In this document: positions 50,780 through 61,699 of the stretch, piece after piece
Layout of the letters: the number at the start of each line of letters is the position of its first letter
How positions within the stretch are numbered: the first letter of the stretch is position 1
Assembly: GCA_036172245.1 (NCBI GenBank)
Contig: JAYWIR010000032.1
Span: 2,232,001 to 2,296,000, forward strand
DNA from: Raillietiella orientalis
Taxonomy: Eukaryota
Reading direction: 5' to 3'
DNA: 64,000 nucleotides
The notes under the pieces: generated by a model
What the model was told of the DNA's origin: nothing
The model's input: only the letters and a program-made list of their open reading frames with translations
Databases searched by the model: none
Program-made: the position numbers and the translations under genes

Positions 50780-51333
50780 TGTACTACTGTGATGTTTTCC
50801 ATTGCTGAGGCGTTAATGTTTTCAAAGTTAAAGCATGAATGTTCTTCATTTCTTCACCGACTACTGAATATACCATTCTGAGATAAGAAAATGTGATCCA
50901 AAGATAGAATTTACAATTCTCTCACCTGTGTTGCTTTTGTAAAGATTGATCTTCAAATAAAGAACTTACAATCACACAGTCAAGTTTGATTCCACATCCA
51001 TCAGACAGATCGCTGACTTTCTGAAATGATTCCCACATTACTCGAGCTTAGTGGAAGAATGACTCTGCACTTGTATTCTCCTAATTCCTAGCACTTATGA
51101 ATGTATCTCGACCTACCTCAAAATTCAACATGTTTTGTATCAAGCAGGATGTGCTAAGTATACTTGTAGATAATTCACATGTTCATTTGAAGCAAAACGT
51201 TTCTGAATGATATAAAATATGCTGAATTGTAGGATCATGTTTCAATAAATTTCCATCAAACACCCATATTTAGGAAAAATTTTTAGGTTCCTCACATAAT
51301 TCCGAATTGAAAACAACAAACAGCAAATTATGT

Positions 51334-51339
51334 TTTATT
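51334..51339 (-). terminator. Probable ALG6 polyadenylation signal
   Basis: AATAAA on the minus strand about 30 nt after the stop. Confidence 0.6.
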
Positions 51340-51367
51340 GTGAAAAAACAATATAAATGCTTGTATT

Positions 51368-52918
51368 TCATATCTCTTTTTTGTTTCTTAATATTTTGGC
51401 CTGGGAAAATGTATAACAATTGCAGAATTGGTACAAATTAAATAAAATTAGAAAGAAAAGGAAGTGAAGAAAACAATAGGCACCTAAAGCTACTGGATAC
51501 AGATCAGGATAAGCACTGGGTGGTTTAACTGATATCATTAAAAAACATAAGAAAAGCCCACCACCAATTGACAGATAAAAACAAAAATTTAAAAGTTTTT
51601 TTATGGAAAAGTAATGGTCTAAATTTAATAAGAAACGCAAGAATTTCTTTGGCAGGGGCAAGTCACTAATATCCACCAACTTAAACTGATGCACACATAA
51701 CACATAATACAAAGAAAATGTCCCTATAAAGGCAATTTCTAATCCATCTTTTACCATTAGAGGAAATAAACTAATAGTAGACATGCATAAAAACCAAAAT
51801 GATGGGAAGGGATGGGATGCAAGAAGCATACAGGCTGGAATAGCAGGTAAAAGAATAGTTTTCTCATGAACATGAAAGGAAAACAGAAAAAAAGATAATG
51901 ATGCATTGAAAAGACTTAGCATAAGATGCTGGGGCTCTGGCTTGAACAGCAATTTTATACTGCTAGGCAATGCAATAACCAACACACTAACTGTACAAAG
52001 TAACACTGAATAAAATTGAGTCCACTGTTTCACTCTAATAAACAGATTGAAAGAACACCAAAAATTGGCCACTTTGTCTTCAAATATACCTCTATAAAAT
52101 GGTAAAATACGCTGAATTACGGAATACGTAACTTCAAAGTCAAACAAAAAAGGCCACCAGATCAACAAAGTTATAGATAACACTATTCCAGCAATATGGA
52201 AGCAACTTTTGAGGAAAAAAACAAAGTTCTTGTTTAAACAAGAACCCACATAATAAAAGGAAAATGGCAGAATATAATATAGCTCCATCTGTTTATAGTT
52301 CAATGCTAATGTGTAAAACATAGCACTCAAGTAATTCCAACCTTGACCTGCAGCACAGACAGCACATACTGTTAGCCCAAGTGATACACAATTATACTGG
52401 AAATGGCCATGGTCAACCAAAATTAATCCTGGGTACAATAAGAATGCAGATAATAAAATGGCGCCTAAAGCTTTTTTGCGATAAATTTGATAAAAACTTG
52501 GCACTGTATTTGTGTGGGCACACAGAACAAACCACAACACTGCTGGTATGTAAAAAATCAGATCTGCAAAAAGCACAGACAAACGCATAAACAACTTCAG
52601 AGTTAAATCTTCTATTCCACGAGAAAAATGCAATTCCACAAATGACTGGTTTACTAGCCTTAATAATTTACCACATAAATACATATGATATGCTGTTAAA
52701 GGAGGATAGTCTAGACCCCAATACTGAAGGTCATTATCACTTGTGTTTTGATACCAAGTCTTAGAATCAAGATTAACTGTGATTTCCATCCAATGTCTTT
52801 GGGCTTCAAAATCTCCAAACATAGGAGGACTTTTATACCCTGAATATGGAAACAATGCCACAAGCCAGCGAACTAGTACTGCAGTCAGCACCACTAGACT
52901 GTATAGTCTGATGCTCAT
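51368..52918 (-). CDS. ALG6: Dolichyl-P-Glc:Man9GlcNAc2-PP-dolichol alpha-1,3-glucosyltransferase, single coding exon
   Basis: Uninterrupted 516-aa ORF with PPMFGDFEAQRHWMEIT, YWGLDYPPLTAYH, LVDHGHFQYN, LNYKQMELYY, RGIFEDKVANFWC, FHVHEKTILL and a C-terminal KKxx ER-retrieval signal. Confidence 0.97.
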   Translation of the reverse strand: MSIRLYSLVVLTAVLVRWLVALFPYSGYKSPPMFGDFEAQRHWMEITVNLDSKTWYQNTSDNDLQYWGLDYPPLTAYHMYLCGKLLRLVNQSFVELHFSRGIEDLTLKLFMRLSVLFADLIFYIPAVLWFVLCAHTNTVPSFYQIYRKKALGAILLSAFLLYPGLILVDHGHFQYNCVSLGLTVCAVCAAGQGWNYLSAMFYTLALNYKQMELYYILPFSFYYVGSCLNKNFVFFLKSCFHIAGIVLSITLLIWWPFLFDFEVTYSVIQRILPFYRGIFEDKVANFWCSFNLFIRVKQWTQFYSVLLCTVSVLVIALPSSIKLLFKPEPQHLMLSLFNASLSFFLFSFHVHEKTILLPAIPACMLLASHPFPSFWFLCMSTISLFPLMVKDGLEIAFIGTFSLYYVLCVHQFKLVDISDLPLPKKFLRFLLNLDHYFSIKKLLNFCFYLSIGGGLFLCFLMISVKPPSAYPDLYPVALGAYCFLHFLFFLILFNLYQFCNCYTFSQAKILRNKKEI

Positions 52919-55900
52919 GATGTGCTTTAGTCAATACAGTGGAAGATACACAGTCATCTGAAATTTGGTTGAAATAAATTGATTGTAAAATGGTTCTTTT
53001 TTCATTGAGAACTTGAAGAATTATATCAACATATTTTTGGTCACAATTTCCTTTATTCTTATTATTTTGAAATGCTGCTGAAAAATTCATCAGGATATTG
53101 GATGCAAGAGTTAATTAGAACATTTTTGGAGATATTCTGGCATGGATAAACATACGTGACATGGAAAATGTAAATGCTGCAATTTCAGTAATATTATGAA
53201 AAGTTCATATTAGGTTGGACAAAATTATAGGAGCTCATAACCAATAAAATCAAACTGCAAAATCAATGCTGCAATTGGCATACAAATCATATACGATTAT
53301 GACAGCATCAGCTTTCACATGAAATGAACATATTTCTCATCAAAGAATGTCAACTTTACCAATGACTTCCATGTGGAAGTTTAACAATTATTTCTTGATG
53401 ATGAGAAACATATTCTATGGTCCTTTTCATATTTCATCTAAACTTTTCTAAAGCAAACTACAAACAGAAATAAAAAGAATGACTGCACACATAGCATGCT
53501 GAGAAAAAATTTCAAGTACTTCAAACATGCACTAAGCAAAGGAACATGCACATGTAGTGTTATTACAGCACACCTATGAACAGTTGCATGCTTTCCTGGA
53601 TTTAAAAACACAAAGCAGACAAAATGCTTATGATGACTGGGCATCACTGATATCTTGCGATACGGCAAAATCAATTTATTCTTGTCTTTCTGTTTGCATG
53701 TGAATCAAGCGGGCATTTCAAGCAGTCTTTCCTGAATCCATGTACACAACATACACGTATGTACAAATACAATTCAGCACCACGCAGGCATTTATATTTA
53801 CGTTATTCAAAATCTCAACATACACTCCACTACGGTTACGAAAGAAATCTGACATCTTTTGTGAGTGTTCTTGTAAAAATACTCGTTTAAGCAAAACTCG
53901 TGAAAACAGTAGCAACATTCAAGCTTCTGGATTGGACAAAAAAAATGATATTTACAAGTTACTATTCAATAAAATTACCACGTAAATTTGGTTGAAAAAA
54001 AAAAAAAAAAAAACGATGATCAACACACGTGCGTACTTGGCAAAATTTGGTTATTACTAAGTTGCGCTAACAGAACTTACTAACACTGGACTTTATGATT
54101 ACTTATTTAAACTCAAGGATTCTAACATGCTTATTACATGTTCATACATGTATCTCAAACCCAAAATCTCAACACCGTACACATTCCAAGCCCACTTCGT
54201 TTTCAGCTACAAAGACGCAATGCGCATGCAAATCTAACCGTCCTCAAATCTACTTGCATAGTTTTTTATCATAAATGTCTATGCAATAATTATCTGACAT
54301 CCACGGCTTCAATTACTTTCTCTGAAAACAACATTTCGGACAGCTCGAAATCAGTTCCATACCAAGTAGTCTGGAGAAAAAGCTAATTGTAGTTTATCTT
54401 CGATCTTTCTTTGCATCACCGGAGCCGTACTAATTTTCGTGTCCGAGAACAGCTGACAGCTTTCACCACGTTCACCACTTCCTTAAGGATTGGCAGAATA
54501 CTACAGGGAGATTCCAAATTTTCAGGGATTCTGAACTTTATCACGAACCTGTGTGAATGCAAAAAGTTTCCACATGCTTGCTTTCGATTTCTTTCATGAA
54601 ACTGAATATATATGATTTTTTTTCCCCAGTATTTGTGATCCACGGAAATATTTATTCACTGAAAAACGCCAATTAAATATCGGAAAATGCACATTACAGT
54701 GAATACAAATGACTCGTGGATATAAATACTCGTTTTTTGCATTCCGATGCTGATCGAAAATATTACGAAATATGAAGTAGGTAGAAATAGCAACAGACAT
54801 TGGTGAGACCGGCATCTGTTGTAACCCTGCAACAGAAGGGAGAGCCTACAGTCTGCTAAAGCCTATGAAATTTGAAATTGAAAACGACGTCCCCACTATG
54901 AAACCCGCGCTGATAAATACATCACACATTTCGAAGAAAACAACGAAACATTGTGAATAACTTCCAGTTACACAAAGGAGTCTGTCGTCGCATAGGATAT
55001 TAGTTTTCGAGAGAGCAGGTTGGTTTAAAGAGGCGTTGAAGATGTATACTCAGATGCGTGTAGTAGTTTACTGAACTTCTATCATTTCGGCATTTCAAAT
55101 GTAAATGCCAAATATTAGCAAAGAGGGAAAATTTTTTTGCCGGAAAAAAGTTCAGTGCTGCTTGCACTCGAGAATGTTTCTTTTTAAACGTGAATGGGGA
55201 GGTTGTACGCTTACTTTTCCATGAATCTATTGCAGTTTCGCACAAATGTGGAGAAGAAGCACTCTACTACAAAGCACAAAGTCTGGATTATAAAGCTTGA
55301 AATAAGAAACTGTCGCCCGAAACGAACTTAAGTGCAACTATGTTTGTAAACACTTGTTTATTCCAAAACATTAATTTAAAAATCACGATATATCTGTGCA
55401 ATCTAGTGAGATAATTGGTAAAAATCTTAAACCAGATTAGGAAGGAAAGTTTTGCTAGCGAATCGCTGGAAACAGCTGAGAATCCTAAGCCCGAACGAGG
55501 GGTAAGTTCGAGAGTGTTCCGCAGAACTGTATGGCAGAATTGACGCAATCACGACCAACTTAATCAATTCTGTATTTGAGGATAGCAAACCTACTTTTTT
55601 TCTCGGCACGTCACGATCCAGCTGATATCCCACACATAGGTCAGCCGCCCATTAGAGTAAACAAGACATGAAGGTTTTTGAGAATTTACTCCATTTCGAA
55701 TTTAAGGTACTACCATAGGAAAAGACTTACTTAACGAAGTGGTACTGGTGCTGCTAAAATGAAGCTTGCCATACAAAAAACTTAGAGGTATAGCTCCAAA
55801 TGAAGCATCGTCAAAACTTGCGAAAAACTTGACATAGTAGAGTTCCTCAAAGATAAATTAAATTTTTAATTTTAATTTCAAAATTTCGCATTCTTAATAC

Positions 55901-58583
55901 TCAGCGCCTAGCGGAGTATCCTACATGAACACCTTTATATCCGGTGCTTAACCACGAATTTCAATTATTTCTGTGGTTACTAAATGAGTAATTTTCATCA
56001 AAAATAGTGGTCTCCAATGTCATCAATTTAAGCAGTTTTCATCTAAATGAGGAGCAGCATATGAGTGTCCTCTTTGTTATTCGTATGTCAGATAGGTGAG
56101 TAAAGGCTCTTATATCTGTAAAAGCGATTCTGGAACTCAAGGAATGAAGTTTGGGGATACGAAAGATAACCAGGTATAATCTACTGCTAAACTTGAAAGG
56201 AGCAATTGACTGCATGATCTGGCATTTAAGTAGTAGATATGACTGCTCATTTATCAGCACCGGACACCAAACTTCAGAGTTATAAGCATTTAGTCAACCC
56301 TTTCCATTGCAGTATCACTGCTTTCGAAAAAAAACTTAAAACGGGATGAAGCTCAAAATGTGAATCAGACTATACAGCCTAGTCCTTTTAATTACTAAGC
56401 ACAGTTCGCCACGCTACAGTCAATGTGGCATCATTATAGTGTCGCATTCATTATAGTGTGACATATGAGAGGACTGTAAAAAAAAATTGAGACAATTTGA
56501 AAGCAGGTTTGCAGTAATAAATGACACCAGCATAGGACTGTGACTATTTTCTACTCCATTTCCGGTACACCAAAAGGAAAAAAAACAAAAACAAAAACTC
56601 AGTTTTACTCATTTTTAGCTCTAGACTACTGATACACAAGTTGATCATTTATTTAGGTCCAAGTTCAGTTCGCTTCTACGAACTGAGGTTTACTAGACCT
56701 GCGTTTCTATGGAAACATGCCCCTTTACGAAACGAGCTGCCTTAAAACTGCATGCTCTGTTTGGAATTGCACACGGGTAAGACTGGATTCCTTCGAAAAC
56801 AATCCCTGTAAAGTGCGAGACTGAAAATCACAAATGAAAATCTTCACAATGAGCTAAGCAGCGCTGATTCACAATCCCGTCCTCATATATGCAAGATTGG
56901 CCGCGGCGGGCTTCCGTGCGGCGCCGCCATGCCAACGTTGGGTTGCCGTGGCGGCGCGCACCTTCCCCGTCGCGCTGGGGTTACGCTCGCAGCAGCGCCC
57001 GGCCAGCAGTTGCCTTTGTGGGGACTGCAGGACGGTGGTCCCACTTGCCATGAAAAGTTGCCAGGAGCTCGCCAACATATCGGGAAGAGAAAAAGGAACG
57101 GCCCATGCCAAAGACCCGTGTCTCCTACCGTTCCTTCCGGGCGACCCTCTCCGCGGACTTCGCTTCCCTTGGAAACTCGTTCCCATAGCTCCTGTAAGTT
57201 TGTTTCCAAAGAAATGAACGCCCCTACGTGGCCGGGTGAGAAAGGCTGCATCGGGAAGAAGATTCGCATCTCTTATCAGCCCTTGGTAATAAATAATTCA
57301 GTGCGTACGTAAGGTTAATATTTATGCCACGTCGATTCGTGTTTTATTGGCATATACATTATAGAGAAGGGTCATTAATCCTTTACAAATGTGTAATAGA
57401 ATCAAATTGATTCTTTGGTTTATTTGATATCTGTACAACTAAAGAATGGAGGACTTATTCTACCCAGATAAAAACCGAAAACTTAGTCGAGTTAATGAAA
57501 ACAAATTGTGGATAGCACAATTCAATAAATCTGATAAAACTGATTGAATTGAGGAATAACAGTGGAAAGGTTTTCCTTGGAATTGCTTTTTCTTCTTCTT
57601 TCTTGCGCCCTTCAGTTCACATTCCTGTGCTAAGAGTTTAATTCTGTCCTTTTTTTTAAAAAAAAAAAATCTTTTATTTTTATCTCTTTTATTCGTTTTC
57701 GCCACGATTTGCTTTTGAGTAGCACTGAGAGAGACGCGAGAAAAATAATTAACGTAACCGTTAGACCGACCACATTACAGGGTACGTATATAGCATGATA
57801 AAAATAAATGGAAAATACTATAACCCATAAAAGTAAAAAATTGGTAATTTTTTTTCCTATAATTGTGACCTGCCAGACTTTTCTGGAACGGACGTGGAGT
57901 TCGTTGCGATGAAAAGTTCCCCATGGCCACCATAGAGTATCAGACGATGAGATTCAAATCAGATAACCACGGCACCGTGGTAATTAGTTCGTAAAACGGG
58001 AGAACAAAATTGCTTACAATCTGAAGTATTGAAACCTTTTTTCTTTTCTGAATTCTAACGCGAGCAGATTTTGTTGAAGATGCTGTTACTACCTAGTTTT
58101 CTTTGAAGTCTTCACGAGTTCATCATGAAGTCTTTTGAGGCAGCTACGAGGAATTAGCATGCAAGTTTCCTATGATCAAGGTGGGAATTGCTAGGCATAT
58201 CTAGACAAATCCAATTTAAACACATCCTGTGGAAATCAAAATATTATTGTAAGGACTAATCTACGAAACATGATGATCCTATGAAAAGTAGAAACATTTT
58301 ATCTAACTGACTAAATAAAGTCATGGAAAGAGTATTGCTCCTTAGAATTTTCAATTTGAAGTCTTTTACTTGGATGTACCAAACAGCTCTTCAAAGAAAT
58401 CGTTGTTGCAAACAAACGCGACTTTCAATAAAGAATTTTCTGGCTTTGTAGGTAGAGAGGCGAGCCCCAAGATTAGTTGACTATTTCTTTCTTGTCTTAC
58501 TTAGCTTCGCTGTTATTTACAACAGTTGTCTCCAACCTTATCTTCAACGAGCTGGTAAAATTTCGGTTTTGTAGGAGTCTGCC

Positions 58584-60600
58584 TTTTCCCCAGTCCGACC
58601 AGAGGTGGTGCAAATTTATTCCGACAGATTAAACAAGAAGTACATCACAGAAAAAGGAGTTCCCTTGAGTTCCTCGCGTCACTGGTTAAGAAAAAACACT
58701 GTTCCTGTTTGGAACGAATTTACAGCAAAGGGGTGGGAGAGGGTCACAGTTTCAACCGTTGCACTTAATGCAACTTCTTGGATTCTCTGGAGAGTGTAGA
58801 GGATACCCTGAGCTGGAGCTCTGCCGCACCCTCACATGAGAACCTTTTCCAGGGGACCCGTGCTGTCATGTTTACATCTTTCCGGAGCTTTGTTTTCCTG
58901 TTGAGGGGGAAGGAGACTGTGGTCGCCCTCACCACAGGGTTGTACATGGAGACAGAGATTTGAGTTCAGTTCGCTTTACGGCTTTCCATTAAGGCTCGGC
59001 AGGTAAAGAAGTGAGGATCATCTTCATTGCTCCAGCATACTGGCCATCGTCCGTCATCGAAGCTGCTCGTCCACTATGGAAGCCGCGAATCACACACATC
59101 CTTTCGTGGAGGACTCAGCCCCCTTCCCATCTTCAGAGGCCAGCAGTATCCAACCAGACCAGGAAGTCAAGCTGTGACCCTGAGACCTGACCACCACACT
59201 GATTGCAGAGAGGGCCCCGGAGCAGGGAGGGATGAGCACGAGGGTCAGCGGCAGAGCCCCCCCCCTTTCTTTCTGGACTGTCCCGGCGCGTCGTCGTTCG
59301 TACCGAAATGGTAGGAATAACGCGCCGGGAAGAAGGGCTTTGTGGTAGAACATCAGGAGATTCTCCTGGATCTCTGGAAGCAAACCGAATCTCCACAGAG
59401 AGGTCCCAATAACAAAGGAGTTCGGAACTTGCCGTGACCACATCGATGCCACTGCTTCTTGCGCAATGGTCTTCAGTGGAAGCTTACTTCAGCGTATTTC
59501 CAGATATCGGAATTTATCTCAGTCCACTGAAAGCTTTGCGCTTCCAGAGTTCGCGGGACTTGCAAGTGGTCCACTCTTTTATCTGGCGTTTGTACGGGAA
59601 CACTCGTTTTTCGTGGTCATTCCTACTGGCGGAGAATTGTTCGCTGTGGCCGATGTCACGTTTGGCCGCCTCTGAAGCCACCTTTCTGTGGTCCATGGGA
59701 CCGCACAAAAAGCTGGATCACAGTAGTCAGCTCCTTGCTCCATGATTTCCTGCTCTTAGGAACGACTTTCACATTGATGAAGTTACTCGGCCAGATCGCG
59801 GTCTTGTCTTCCGCCACCGTCCTGGTGTCCCGGACAAGGTCAGCATCGGGACGTTGGTCCCGCTGAGCCAGATTGCAGGGGCCGGTTTAACAGTCCCATC
59901 CATTCGTTCCAAGCATCGACGTGCTGCGGTCTCCGCAGCTCGGAAGGCAAGAGCGACTTCCCACACTCCCGCGCCTCCCCCTGCTCTCCGGAGACACGGA
60001 AACCTAAGTTTCATCTCTTCCTCCTTTCCAGACGGACGTTGGCCAGACATTTGGCCATTTTCTCGGGGATGCGGCGGTAGGTTCACCAAACATGGGTGTG
60101 AGCACACCGTTCCACAGGTTGGTCTTCTGCAAGGAGAAATTAGTTCCTGCCTGAAATTCTTCTTGTCTGATCTTCTTGGTGTCTTTTTTTTTCCGGTTCG
60201 CTGAGTGCTGAAGAACCGCTCACCTCCTCGGGAGAGGGGGGAACCCGCGAAGCTCCTGAAGCACCGTCCACGTCAACAGAGGGTGCGCGTCGCTCTTCAA
60301 GTTATAGGAGGTACCGCGGAGGGGCCACCCTTTGAATCCAGGAAAACTCTGGAGAAAAAGGTCCGTTCCTCTCTTACGATTGGGAGGGGATTCCGAAGGG
60401 AACCATTTCTTCCTTATTTCTTTCCGAAGGGGTCCTCCGGAGGAGAGACCACTCCTCGTTTCCTCTCCGGAGGGAACCCGCAAGAGAACCGCCCCCGTTT
60501 CCTCCTCCGAAGAGAATCCCGAAAGGACGCTTCCCAATGCCTCTGAAGGAAGCAGAGCACTTCTACACCCTGGAAAGGCAACTCCCTGAGGGGGGTATCA
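58584..60600 (-). mobile_element. Decayed family-2 L1/Tx1-like element: ORF1 end and APE start joined to post-RT region, zf-RVT and 3' terminus
   Basis: GTSYNLKS...TVLQELRG (APE start-like), KTNLWNGVLTPMF, CLRRAGGGAGVWEV (GGLG motif), LWRFGLLPEIQENLLMFYH and YNPVVR. The family-2 3' motif is at 58584-58615. Segment 60490-60533 is similar to 63956-64000. Confidence 0.75.
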
Positions 60601-60609
60601 ACCAGCTTC

Positions 60610-61692
60610 ATGGTATGCGATGGTACGAATCCATTCCCACCCCAGGAAAACGGGACCCCAAAGGGCTTAGAGGATGACCCGGAGGATCCACTTCAGCGGG
60701 GGCATCCGGGGGTTTCCGGCTCCCACCAGTGCCGCCTCTCGAACGGTAGTGTCTGGTTGCAGGAAACCGTTCGCACATGGGCGAGGATCCAGGAGACAAG
60801 CGCAGAACAGGGCGACGCGGCCAGCAGAACCTCCCTCGCCGCCGCGCTGCCCTTTCTTAGGGAATACATGGGCAGCAGCCTTACGGCTAGATGGGAGATC
60901 TCCGACAGGAGGAAAGGACTGGGCGAGTGGACGACGCGCCAGTTCACTTACGCTGCCACCCCGAGTGGTCGACCTCGTGGACTTTTGAGCTGGAGCGTGC
61001 TAAAGGGTATTCCGGAAGACCTGCAGTGGACCCCAGTGCTCATGAGCACCCGTACCCTCCTCTTCAAGTGGCAGGAGTCGGCATTGATGTTGCTGCACTG
61101 GGGCCTCCCGTGCGACTCCCGCCGGCATCTGTGGACAGGGGGGTGTGTGAACCCAAACTGGGAGCGGGAATCCTTCTCGCACCTCCTGGTGGGCTGTGTT
61201 GCCTTCCGGCCCCTTTGAGGATGCTTGGCCACGACCCTTGGAGTCCCAGCGACAAAGTCAGAGACGTTGTAAAGCACCTCTTCCTGCACGACGTCCTCGC
61301 GCCGGCCTCACCTCCAGCAGCACTGTGCTGCCTACGAGGGATCGTGGCCGCATGGAGCAATCCCAAAAAGGACAGGGCGAAGGGACGCTATCTATTTTGT
61401 TGTCTTCTTCATGAGGACAGCGTCAAGATGGTCCCATCTGGGAACCATATAACAGGAACTTGCCGGCATCCTTATAAGGATGCAGAGGACACTCTCCAGC
61501 ACACAGTGATCCCTTCCCCAACCCTTCCCTCCCCTTTTTTGGACTGCATTTTTTGTTTTGCTTGCTTTTTTTTTTTGTTTGTCTCTCCTTCCCCTGTGCT
61601 GCTGAGGCAAACCCTGCTGTCCTGCGTGCCAGATCCCGGCAGGTCCCTTTTCGTATCCATAAGTAACGTGGCAGAATCAAACGTCCTGCCAC
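60610..61692 (+). mobile_element. 3' fragment of a family-1 L1/Tx1-like element in the opposite orientation
   Basis: QESALMLLHWGLPCDSRRHLWTGGC...ESFSHLLVGC (zf-RVT). ALCCLRGIVAAW matches copy A VLCCVRGIMVAW. T-rich UTR and terminal hairpin at 61668-61692. Confidence 0.8.
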
Positions 61693-61699
61693 AAGAAAG

